Assembly (NCBI GenBank): GCA_963558435.1
Contig: CAUWGM010000010.1
Span: forward strand, 1,432-65,431
DNA length: 64,000 nucleotides
Origin: an uncultured Collinsella sp.
GTDB lineage: Bacteria; Actinomycetota; Coriobacteriia; Coriobacteriales; Coriobacteriaceae
Direction: 5' to 3'
Position 1 is the first letter of the stretch, and each line of letters begins with the position of its first letter. Under the pieces are notes generated by a model. The model made no database searches. It was not told the origin of the DNA and saw only the letters and a program-made list of their open reading frames with translations. Positions 17,480-26,335 of this stretch are shown here, in pieces. Position numbers and translations under genes: made by a program.

Positions 17480-18514
17480 ATGGACTCAAACGAACCTTCA
17501 GAATTCGTCGGCACTCAAGAAAATGCACCCGCAAACATCCACTCTCCTCTCGCCCTTCTGAGCGCCGCCATACAAGCAAGCTGCGACGAGGCGGATAATG
17601 CCATTGCGGACATCGTTAATTCGGTGAAACGGCAGGCGCCCGAGGCTGCCCAACTCTACCAGGCAAACAAGAAGGGCTTTCGCCTTGTCGTCGATGCCTC
17701 CGACGATATGCTCGAGGCCATCGACCGTGGCGATATCAAACTGACCGCCGACAAACTGGGCAACACCCATGCTCAAATCAAGCAAGCGAACGGCCAATAC
17801 GGCAAAAAGCTCCCTATCAAAAAGGAAGAGTTTTCCCAAGGCATCGACCCGGTGCAGGCGGCAAACGCCATGCAGATGAAAGCAATGCAGGATCAACTCG
17901 AAGATATAGCGGAACAGATTACCGTAATCGACAGTAGAGTTAAAGAGGTCCTCCGCGGCCAGCAAAACGACCGCATCGGCCTTTTCAACAGCGGCATGTC
18001 GCTCTATCTCGAAGCAAGAACGATTTCCGACGATGGACTGCGGAAGCTGCTAGTATCCCAGGCATTGCGCGCGCTTTCGGACGCCTCCGCACAACTTGAT
18101 TTAGAGCTGCAGGAAAACGTGGCCTACTTGGCTAGCGGCGAATACAGGAAGGCGAAAGGCAAGCGGACGGACCTAATCGACGAGAAAATGTCTGCGATTA
18201 ACCGATGCTTTCCCGTATTGCATCAGGCTTCCATCGCCCGTGCCGCCATTTATTGCGAGCAGGGAGAGATGAAGGCCCTGGCCTCTGCTCTTGAAGCGTA
18301 TTCTCGCCTCATCGATCGAACCGTTGGGTCGCATGCAGGCCTGCTTGCCGAGTTCGACGTCTCGGACAATGGCACAGCCCAGGGCGTCTGGCGGTCACGA
18401 GCCGCCCTGCAACTCGACGTGTCGATGCTCAGCAAGGCCCTCTCCGCCTCCGAGAAGACCTTCTACCTTGAAGCCATACCCACCGAAATGGAGATTGAAA
18501 ATGAGCTCGGCTAA
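17480..18514 (+). CDS. Hypothetical 344-aa predicted helical protein, no family recognised
   Basis: Strong RBS (AAAGGAGG) and normal codon usage. The next gene overlaps it by 14 nt. Confidence 0.6.
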   Translation: MDSNEPSEFVGTQENAPANIHSPLALLSAAIQASCDEADNAIADIVNSVKRQAPEAAQLYQANKKGFRLVVDASDDMLEAIDRGDIKLTADKLGNTHAQIKQANGQYGKKLPIKKEEFSQGIDPVQAANAMQMKAMQDQLEDIAEQITVIDSRVKEVLRGQQNDRIGLFNSGMSLYLEARTISDDGLRKLLVSQALRALSDASAQLDLELQENVAYLASGEYRKAKGKRTDLIDEKMSAINRCFPVLHQASIARAAIYCEQGEMKALASALEAYSRLIDRTVGSHAGLLAEFDVSDNGTAQGVWRSRAALQLDVSMLSKALSASEKTFYLEAIPTEMEIENELG

Positions 18515-18800
18515 TGGATGTCCAAATAACAATTGCGTCGCCCATAAAAAGAAAACCCTATTCAAAACCTCGATGAACTTCTGTCCCGAGTGCGGAACCA
18601 AACTCGCAGCAGTCTGCAAATCCAAGGGATGCTACACGTTCCTAGACGATCCCTCAAAAAAGCGCTGTGCCCGCTGCGAGGCCAAGCGCGCCGACAGGAC
18701 AGATAAAATCAAGAAGAAGGGTGGCATGGCAGTCGGCGCCCTCGTTGCGGCAGCAGGAACTGTCGTCGAGATTGCCTCGCTAATCAAAAAAAAGTCATAG
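18501..18800 (+). CDS. Double zinc-ribbon protein with a C-terminal membrane anchor
   Basis: Internal ATG of ORF 18291..18800: MSSANGCPNNNC...CPECG...CKSKGC...CARCE...GGMAVGALVAAAGTVVEIASLIKKKS. Confidence 0.55.
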   Translation: MSSANGCPNNNCVAHKKKTLFKTSMNFCPECGTKLAAVCKSKGCYTFLDDPSKKRCARCEAKRADRTDKIKKKGGMAVGALVAAAGTVVEIASLIKKKS

Positions 18801-18887
18801 CGGCGGGACGTCGCTCGGCGGCGGTTCAAATGACAGCCCAAACGACACCGCAGTCCAACAAACCCTAACAACAGGAAGGTCATCGCT

Positions 18888-21143
18888 ATGGACGCTTGGT
18901 TGATCCGCGCGGGGCGCGGCGGGGCATATGCAGCCGATTGGATCAGGAACGGCATCGTCGGTATCGATTGGAACTTCGGCGGCGCGGATATCGCCGCCAT
19001 GAGCCGCGAGCGGATCGAGACCGCGTACGCCTCGACGCACCCCGAGGACAGCAAGCAGAAGGTCGCCGCCAACGTCGGCCAGGTATTCCGGTTCGCGCAT
19101 GCCATGGCGCCGGGCGACACCGTCGTCATGTACGACCCCGCCGTTCACCTCTACCATATCGGCACCGTCGACGGCCCGTGCCAGCCCGTTGCCGGCACCG
19201 AGGGCGTCACCTACGCACGCGCCGTTGCGTGGTCCAAGACCGCCCCGCGCGACATTCTCGCGCAGGCATCGAAAAACTCGCTCGGAGCCATACAGACCCT
19301 GTCCAACATCTCAAAAGAGGTCATGGCCGACCTCGACGCGGCAGCCGAGCGGCGTGAGCACGCTTCGGCCGATACGCCGCGCGCGGCCAGCAATGAATAC
19401 GTATGGGTCGAGTTCTACATGGAACTCGCAGACCGGCTGCTCCCCTACAAGGACGACCGCGGTGCGCTCATTGAGAAACTGCAGGCGCTCTACGCGGACC
19501 TAGGTATGAAGTTCCCCAAGCTCGACAGCGGCGACGCTCCCGCCGATCTCGATCCCTACACGGTATTCGGCCTCTTTAACAAGGGCGTCTCACTCGCCAA
19601 CCGCATCAAGGTCGCCACGGCCCTCGGGCGAGCCCTCGGCGTGAACGCACAGCCGCCCACCGCGTTCCCCGGCACACCGCTGCTCAGCAACCTCAACGCC
19701 ACCTTCTACGCCTTCGTTGGCGACCATCGCCGCGGCGAGCACGACATCGACAATCTTTGGCGTGTATTCGAAGCGCAGCTCGCGCTCGCGCGCACCGATA
19801 ACGAGCGGACGCGGGCGGAGTTCGTGGCCGCCTACAACGACGCCATCGAACAGTTCAGCCTTACCTGGAAGCTCAGCATGGGCCTCTACTGGGCGCGCCC
19901 GCTCAGATTCATCAGCTTGGACTCGCGCAACCGCTGGTTCCTGGGCGATATGGCGCTTGCTGGCACAGCGCTCGCCCAAGCGGCGCCCAAAGAGAAAAGC
20001 GCCCCCATCCACGACGGCCGTACCTACCTCGCCATATGCGACACCGCGCTCGCGCAGCTCGGCAGCGAGGCATGCCCGTACGCGAGCCTCCCCGAACTCT
20101 CCCACGAGGCTTTCCGGGAATCAGAGCGCGTCAATAAGGAGAAAAAGGAGGCCGAAAAGGCGGCGGAGCGAGAAGCTCAGGAGAACGCACTCGGTGACGC
20201 CGGCGTCGAGACCGAGGACAGCACGCCCGCCACAGCCGCAGGCAACCAGGAGCCCGCGAACTCCCCAACCGACAATCTTCCCCTCTACGGCAAGGAAGAC
20301 TTCCTCGAAGAGGTCTTCATGGACGAGGAGGGCTACGACGCCCTCGTCGGCGTGCTGAACGCCAAGAAGAACATCATCCTGCAGGGCGCGCCCGGCGTGG
20401 GCAAGACCTTCATCGCCAAGCGCCTGGCTTACTCCATCATGGGCGCGAAGGTCCCCGAGCGCGTGCAGATGGTGCAGTTCCACCAGTCCTACAGCTACGA
20501 GGACTTCATCGAGGGCTACCGCCCGTGCGCCGACGGCTTCAAGCTCGAGCAGGGCGTCTTCCACTCCTTCTGCAAGCGTGCTGCGTCCGACCCCAACAAC
20601 GACTACTTCTTCATCATCGACGAGATCAACCGCGGCAACCTCTCCAGGATCTTTGGCGAGCTGTTCATGCTCATCGAGAACGACAAGCGCGGCTCCCGAA
20701 ACAAGTTGCAGCTGCTCTACTCGCATGAATCGTTCTACGTGCCCGCCAACGTCTACATCATCGGCATGATGAACACGGCCGACCGCTCGCTGGCGGTTCT
20801 GGACTACGCGCTGCGCCGACGCTTCGCGTTCTTCGACCTGCAACCCGGCTTTGATGCAGACGGTTTTGCCTCCTATCGCGAGAGCCTGGGCAGCAACGCG
20901 TTCGACCGGCTGATCGCTTGCGTGAAGCGGCTGAACACGGCGATCGCGGCCGACGACAGCCTAAGCAAGGGCTTCTGCATCGGGCACAGCTACTTCTGCG
21001 GGCTCTCCGCCGACGGCGTCACGGATGCCAAACTCGCCGCAATCGTGGAATACGAGCTGGTACCCATGCTGCGCGAATACTGGTTCGACGAGCCGTCCAA
21101 GGTTCGCGAGTGGTCCGATGCGCTGCGGACGGCCATCAAATGA
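18888..21143 (+). CDS. mcrB: McrB-family GTPase/AAA+ restriction subunit with a non-canonical N-terminal reader-like domain
   Basis: GAPGVGKTF, FFIIDEINRGNLSRIFGELFMLIE, IIGMMNTADRS, LRRRFAF. The N-terminal ~150 aa begin MDAWLIRAGRGGAYAADWIRNGIVGIDW... Confidence 0.85.
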   Translation: MDAWLIRAGRGGAYAADWIRNGIVGIDWNFGGADIAAMSRERIETAYASTHPEDSKQKVAANVGQVFRFAHAMAPGDTVVMYDPAVHLYHIGTVDGPCQPVAGTEGVTYARAVAWSKTAPRDILAQASKNSLGAIQTLSNISKEVMADLDAAAERREHASADTPRAASNEYVWVEFYMELADRLLPYKDDRGALIEKLQALYADLGMKFPKLDSGDAPADLDPYTVFGLFNKGVSLANRIKVATALGRALGVNAQPPTAFPGTPLLSNLNATFYAFVGDHRRGEHDIDNLWRVFEAQLALARTDNERTRAEFVAAYNDAIEQFSLTWKLSMGLYWARPLRFISLDSRNRWFLGDMALAGTALAQAAPKEKSAPIHDGRTYLAICDTALAQLGSEACPYASLPELSHEAFRESERVNKEKKEAEKAAEREAQENALGDAGVETEDSTPATAAGNQEPANSPTDNLPLYGKEDFLEEVFMDEEGYDALVGVLNAKKNIILQGAPGVGKTFIAKRLAYSIMGAKVPERVQMVQFHQSYSYEDFIEGYRPCADGFKLEQGVFHSFCKRAASDPNNDYFFIIDEINRGNLSRIFGELFMLIENDKRGSRNKLQLLYSHESFYVPANVYIIGMMNTADRSLAVLDYALRRRFAFFDLQPGFDADGFASYRESLGSNAFDRLIACVKRLNTAIAADDSLSKGFCIGHSYFCGLSADGVTDAKLAAIVEYELVPMLREYWFDEPSKVREWSDALRTAIK

Positions 21144-22195
21144 TCCGCATCCAGAACATCTACCATATGCTGGCCTACGCCTTCCAGGTGCTGCGCGAAC
21201 AGGACTACGAGGACGTTGCTGCCGAGGAGTTCGACAACACTGCAGAGCTGCTGGCGGCGATCCTCGTGCGGGGCGTGAGCTCGCAGGTCAAGCGCGGGCT
21301 GGGGCGGGAATACCTGCCGCGCACCGAAACGCTTGCCGCCCTGCGCGGGCGCATCGACGTGACCGAGACCGTGAAGACACGCGCCGTCTTGCGTCGCCAG
21401 ATGGTCTGCGACTACGACGAGTTCAGCATCGACACCCCCATGAACAGGATCCTTAAAGCGACCATGCGCTTGCTAGCACGATCCGACATCGACAAGACCC
21501 GCAGAAAAGAGCTGCGAGGGCTGCTCGTCTACTTCGTCGATGTAGCCGACATCGACCTGATGCACGTCGACTGGCACCTACGCTTCAACCGGAACAGCCA
21601 GGCCTATCGCATGCTCATGAACGTATGCTGGCTGGTAGCGGAGGGCCTGTTGCAGACGCAGAACAGCGGCTCGGTCCGCCTGGCGGACTTTCTGGACGAG
21701 CAGCGCATGAGCAGGCTCTACGAGAAGTTCATCCTGGAGTACTACCGGCGCGAGCACCCAGAGCTGCGTGCCGAGGCGCCCTACATCAAGTGGGCGCTCG
21801 ACGACGACCCGCGCGGAACGGGCGCGATCGGCGGGGCGCTCGACATGCTGCCCGCCATGCACAGCGACGTCATGCTCAGCCAGGGCAACGACGTGCTCAT
21901 CATCGACGCGAAGTACTATGTGCACGCCACGCAACGCCACTTTGACAAGCACACCTACCATAGCGGCAACCTGTACCAGATCTTCGCCTACGTGAAGAAC
22001 AAGGAGGCAGAGCTCGCGGGCACGGAGCATACGGTCTCGGGACTGCTACTCTACGCGGGAACCGACGAGGAGGTGCAGCCGAGCGGCACCTACCTCATGA
22101 GCGGCAACCGCATCGGCGTGCGCACGCTCGACTTGGACCAGTCGTTCGAGGCAATCCGCGCACAGCTCGATGCGATCGTCGAAGAGCACTTTTGA
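21140..22195 (+). CDS. mcrC: McrC-family nuclease subunit
   Basis: ATGA overlap with mcrB. MIRIQNIYHMLAYAF... with a PD-(D/E)xK-like DVLIIDAKYY. Confidence 0.8.
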   Translation: MIRIQNIYHMLAYAFQVLREQDYEDVAAEEFDNTAELLAAILVRGVSSQVKRGLGREYLPRTETLAALRGRIDVTETVKTRAVLRRQMVCDYDEFSIDTPMNRILKATMRLLARSDIDKTRRKELRGLLVYFVDVADIDLMHVDWHLRFNRNSQAYRMLMNVCWLVAEGLLQTQNSGSVRLADFLDEQRMSRLYEKFILEYYRREHPELRAEAPYIKWALDDDPRGTGAIGGALDMLPAMHSDVMLSQGNDVLIIDAKYYVHATQRHFDKHTYHSGNLYQIFAYVKNKEAELAGTEHTVSGLLLYAGTDEEVQPSGTYLMSGNRIGVRTLDLDQSFEAIRAQLDAIVEEHF

Positions 22196-22270
22196 GAAGC
22201 GCAATAAAAGGCTTGGAGGAATGCTCTCCCCCACGGCCGCCCGACCGTTCCTCGTCCCATCACCATTTCG

Positions 22271-23020
22271 TCAGCCATGGGAACCGTCACCTATCGGCTC
22301 GCGGTCCTCGTCGGTCCGGCGAACGTCAATAGATACGATATCGCGGTAGATAAGCCTGTGGCGATCGTCCCGCCACTCGTCATCATGGTAATGACCGAAG
22401 AACCAGGTGCGGCAAGAGAGCCTGCCGTCGAGCTCCTGAAGAAACGCCTGGTGCGCATCCCCGCCGTCGAAGGGGCGGTTGCATTCCCAACAGAGGTCGT
22501 CCGCGATGTCGAGCGGTGCCTCGTGCGTGATCACGTAGTCAACATTCCAGCCGCGGCTGTCGAGGTTGGCGCGGGCCTCCTCGCGCTCAGCGTCCGAGGG
22601 CAGTTCCTCCGGCCACCAGCTCTTGCCCTCGGTCCGCCACGCACGATCGTGCGACGAGGCGCCGCCCATAGTGAACACGCTGATGCCGTCGATATCGAAC
22701 ACCTGCCCGCGCATGAGATGCAGCACGTGCGGGCGCACCTCGTGCACGCGTCCGCCGCACCACTCGCGCTCGGGCATGGCCGCGAGCAGCCCGTGGTTCT
22801 CATGGTTTCCGTCGACGAAGCACGTAGTCCAGGGCCGATTCTCGAGCCATTTGAGCCAGTAGGTATCCGTGTTGCCGCCGTCCCATACGTAGCCGAAGTC
22901 GCCGGCGACGATCACGACATCGTCGCGCGTGAGCTCGCGACCCAGCGGCCAACTATGAAAGGAGAGGCGGTTGCGGCCGTACTCAGCCGTCCCATGCATG
23001 TCACCGGTGATGTATATCAA
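22271..23020 (-). CDS. Metallophosphoesterase (calcineurin-like)
   Basis: (M)IYITGDMHG, IVAGDFGY, VDGNHEN, GHYH. TTG start at 23020 chosen by analogy with the paralog (AAAGGGG RBS); the track ORF extends to 23029. Confidence 0.75.
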   Translation of the reverse strand: MIYITGDMHGTAEYGRNRLSFHSWPLGRELTRDDVVIVAGDFGYVWDGGNTDTYWLKWLENRPWTTCFVDGNHENHGLLAAMPEREWCGGRVHEVRPHVLHLMRGQVFDIDGISVFTMGGASSHDRAWRTEGKSWWPEELPSDAEREEARANLDSRGWNVDYVITHEAPLDIADDLCWECNRPFDGGDAHQAFLQELDGRLSCRTWFFGHYHDDEWRDDRHRLIYRDIVSIDVRRTDEDREPIGDGSHG

Positions 23021-23051
23021 ATCAGCCAACCCCTTTTATATCCAGCCGCGA

Positions 23052-23753
23052 TCAGCCGTCCACGCCCGCGCCGATCGGGACGATGCGCTCGAACAGCAGC
23101 GTATGCCGCTCGTCGATGTCCCTGTCCCCGTGGAAGTGCCCGTAATACCAATGCTTGAAGTCCAGGCGCGCGTCCACCTCGTCCAAAAACCTCGTCAGCT
23201 CCTCATCCGGAAGGCCCGGTATGGGCAGCGACGGATGGAGGGTGCGCTCCATCAGGCGCTTGGGGCACGTATGCGTGATCGCATAGTCGACCTTCCAGCC
23301 CACGGCATCCAAGTTGGCGCGGGCTTGGTCGAAGTCCTGCTCGATCGGGACCTCGTGCGGCCACCAGTCGACATACGGCGTGCGGTACGCCCGGTCGATG
23401 CTCGCGGCGCCGCCCAGCGTGAAGATGCACGCGCCATCGATCTCGTAGACCTCGGAGCGCATGAGGCGCATGATGGGCGAGCCGTCGGACAGCCGCTGGA
23501 CCATCCCGCCGCCCCAGGACTCTGCTGGGCGCGCGGTCCAATGGTCGAAGCGCTCGTGGTTCCCGTCCACGAAGAGCACCCTATACGGCCTGGACTCCAA
23601 CCAGGCGATCTCGGCGCCCTCCTCCTCCGAAAAGTCCCACGGATAGCCGAAGTCGCCCGCCACGATGAGGTAGTCGCCGGCGCGCCCCTCTTTCCAATCC
23701 TTGAGCCGCGATAGGCCGACGAATCCATGCAGGTCGCCCGTAACGTAGATCAT
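23052..23753 (-). CDS. Metallophosphoesterase, tandem paralog
   Basis: MIYVTGDLHG, IVAGDFGY, VDGNHER, GHFH. Met at 23753 follows GGAGGG. The 88-aa upstream extension in the track (to 24017) runs through AT-rich promoter-like sequence. Confidence 0.75.
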   Translation of the reverse strand: MIYVTGDLHGFVGLSRLKDWKEGRAGDYLIVAGDFGYPWDFSEEEGAEIAWLESRPYRVLFVDGNHERFDHWTARPAESWGGGMVQRLSDGSPIMRLMRSEVYEIDGACIFTLGGAASIDRAYRTPYVDWWPHEVPIEQDFDQARANLDAVGWKVDYAITHTCPKRLMERTLHPSLPIPGLPDEELTRFLDEVDARLDFKHWYYGHFHGDRDIDERHTLLFERIVPIGAGVDG

Positions 23754-23998
23754 CTCTTTTCGCCCTCCGTCCAAGACGCCGTCTCGTGGAACCTCGAGCC
23801 CACCGCTTTGCCTATAAAAAACGATGTTCCCATGAAAATGCTCATGCCAACGATTGCAGTTCTCGATGTGGCTCGCAGGGACGAAGCCCACCGCATTCGC
23901 AAGGTCTTTCTTACAAAGCCTGTCGCCATTTCTTGCGAGCACGCAGCCACCATTATGCGTCAGCCAGGTCTTTAAAGCCCCGCGATCTTTGGCACCGT

Positions 23999-24141
23999 GG
24001 TGACCGCAACCCCGCAAAACGAGGCGTCCGCGTGCCCCGGGTCACCCTCGCGGCGCGGCGGTGACCGTAGCCCCGCAAAACCGGGCATCTGCGTGCCCCG
24101 GGTCACCCTCGCGACACGGCGGTGACCGCAGCCCCGAAATC
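23999..24141. repeat. 61-bp tandem repeat, about 2.3 copies, each with a GGTGACC...GGTCACC inverted pair
   Basis: Units at 23999-24059 and 24060-24120, with a partial unit at 24121-24141. Located 120 bp upstream of the parE-like ATG. Confidence 0.8.
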
Positions 24142-24260
24142 TACGAACGCGCGTTCGATGGATTTCGTGTCGGGCGGCGCCGCGGGCGGGGTGCGCTATG
24201 CTACGGTATTCATCTACAGCGCTATAGGGACTCAAAAGAGGGGACACCGAGAGAGCGAGC

Positions 24261-26258
24261 ATGGCAAAGAACACCGCAAATTATGGCAACGACAGCATCC
24301 GTCAGCTCAAGGACGAGGAGCGCGTACGCCTGCGCCCCGCCGTCATCTTCGGCTCGGACGGGCTCGACGGCTGCGCGCACGCCGCCTTCGAGATCCTGTC
24401 CAACGCCGTCGACGAGGCGCGCCAGGGCTACGGCAACCTGATCACCCTCACCGCCTTCCGCGACGGCTCCATCCAGGTCGAGGACAACGGCCGCGGCTGC
24501 CCGCTCGATTGGAACCCCTCCGAGAAGCGCTTCAACTGGGAACTCGTCTTCTGCGAGCTCTACGCCGGCGGCAAGTACAACAACAACGAGGGCGGCGACT
24601 ACGACTTCTCGCTCGGCACCAACGGCCTGGGCTCCTGCGCGACCCAGTACGCCTCCGAGTACATGGACGTCACGGTCTGGCGCGACGGCAACAAGTACTC
24701 CCTCCACTTCAAGAAGGGCAAGGTCGTGGGCGCCAAGAAGAAGGCGCTCGAGATCGAGCCCACCGACGAGGACCGCACCGGCACTACCATCAAGTGGCGC
24801 CCGGACCTGGAGGTCTTCACCTCGATCAGCATCCCCCACGAGTGGTACCGCGAGACCATGCGCCGCCAGGCCGTGGTCAACGCCAACGTGACCTTCCGCC
24901 TGCGCATCGAGGGCGACGACGGCGAGTTCGCCGAAGAGGACTTCTGCTATCCCAAGGGCATCGAGGACTACGTGCTCGAGAAGGTGGGCGCCGACTACCT
25001 GACCGAGCCCTTCTTCATCGAGGCGGAGCGCCGCGGCCGCGACCGCGAGGACCTGCCCGACTACAACGTCAAGATCACGGCCTGCCTGTGCTTCTCGCGC
25101 ACCTTCCAGATGCAGGAGTACTACCACAACTCCTCGTGGCTAGAGAACGGCGGCTCGCCCGAGAAGGCCGCCCGCAGCGCGCTGACCAGCGCAATCGACG
25201 CCTACATCAAGCAACAGGGCAAGTACAACAAAAACGAGAGCTGCATCAAGTGGCAGGACGTCCAGGACTGCCTGGTGCTGGTGACCAACTGCTTCTCCAC
25301 CCAGACGTCGTACGAGAACCAGACCAAGAAGGCCATCAACAACCGCTTCATCCAGCAGGCCATGACGGCGTTCTTCAAGGAGCGCCTGGCGACCTACCTG
25401 ATCGAGAACAAGGACGCCGCCAACAAGATCATGGAGCAGGTGCTCATCAACAAGCGCTCGCGCGAGAACGCCGAGAAAACCCGTCAGAGCATCAAGACCA
25501 ACCTGCAGCAGAAGACCGACATGGCCAACCGCGTGCAGAAGTTCATCGACTGCCGCTCCAAGGACAAGACCCGCCGCGAGGTCTACATCGTGGAGGGCGA
25601 CTCGGCGGCGGGTGCCATCCGCACCTCGCGCGACGCCGAGTTCCAGGGTGTGATGCCCGTCCGCGGCAAGATCCTCAACTGCCTGAAGGAGGATTACCCG
25701 CGCATCTTCAAGTCCGACGTCATCATGGACCTCATGCGCGTGCTGGGCTGCGGCGTGGAGATCAAGGATAAGCGCATCAAGAACCTGGGCGCCTTCGATC
25801 TTGATAACCTCAACTGGAGCAAGGTCATCATCTGTACGGACGCCGACGTGGATGGCTACCACATCCGCACGCTCATCCTGACGATGCTCTACCGCCTGGT
25901 GCCCACGCTCATCGACGAGGGCTACGTCTACATCGCGGAGTCGCCGCTGTACGAGATCAACTGCAAGGAGAAGACCTACTTCGCCTACACCGAGCTGGAG
26001 AAGAACGACATCCTAGCCGAGATCGGCGACCAGAAGTGCTCCATCAACCGCTCCAAGGGTCTTGGTGAGAACGACCCGGACATGATGTGGCTCACCACCA
26101 TGAACCCCGAGACGCGCCGCCTGATCAAGGTGGAGCCCGAGGACGTGGCCAAGATGGAATCCATGTTCAACCTGCTGCTGGGCAACGACGAGGCCGGCCG
26201 CAAGCGCCATATCGCCGAGCACGGCAAGGAGTACCTCGACCAGCTGGACCTGCAGTAA
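24261..26258 (+). CDS. parE: Type IIA topoisomerase subunit B (ParE/GyrB family)
   Basis: GHKL motif EILSNAVDE, GTNGLGSCA, TOPRIM YIVEGDSAAG and DADVDGYHI. The parE-versus-gyrB call rests only on length (665 aa) and partner architecture. Confidence 0.85.
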   Translation: MAKNTANYGNDSIRQLKDEERVRLRPAVIFGSDGLDGCAHAAFEILSNAVDEARQGYGNLITLTAFRDGSIQVEDNGRGCPLDWNPSEKRFNWELVFCELYAGGKYNNNEGGDYDFSLGTNGLGSCATQYASEYMDVTVWRDGNKYSLHFKKGKVVGAKKKALEIEPTDEDRTGTTIKWRPDLEVFTSISIPHEWYRETMRRQAVVNANVTFRLRIEGDDGEFAEEDFCYPKGIEDYVLEKVGADYLTEPFFIEAERRGRDREDLPDYNVKITACLCFSRTFQMQEYYHNSSWLENGGSPEKAARSALTSAIDAYIKQQGKYNKNESCIKWQDVQDCLVLVTNCFSTQTSYENQTKKAINNRFIQQAMTAFFKERLATYLIENKDAANKIMEQVLINKRSRENAEKTRQSIKTNLQQKTDMANRVQKFIDCRSKDKTRREVYIVEGDSAAGAIRTSRDAEFQGVMPVRGKILNCLKEDYPRIFKSDVIMDLMRVLGCGVEIKDKRIKNLGAFDLDNLNWSKVIICTDADVDGYHIRTLILTMLYRLVPTLIDEGYVYIAESPLYEINCKEKTYFAYTELEKNDILAEIGDQKCSINRSKGLGENDPDMMWLTTMNPETRRLIKVEPEDVAKMESMFNLLLGNDEAGRKRHIAEHGKEYLDQLDLQ

Positions 26259-26335
26259 GGTCCACCAACCACCATCGGGCGGACACGCCCGCATCACGGC
26301 ACGACGGCCCCAAGAGAAGCACCAAGAGGAACAAC

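Noticed and set aside
23754-24017. 88-aa N-terminal extension of the second metallophosphoesterase (track ORF 23052..24017)
   Set aside because: An internal Met at 23753 has a GGAGGG RBS and aligns with the paralog's start (MIYVTGDLHG versus (M)IYITGDMHG). The extension crosses AT-rich promoter-like sequence and the 61-bp repeats. A real extra domain cannot be excluded without homology searches.
23999-24141. The tandem repeats here and at 51500-51675 considered as possible CRISPR arrays
   Set aside because: The units are directly abutting (61 and 62 bp) with no unique spacers and no cas genes nearby. They are plain tandem repeats.
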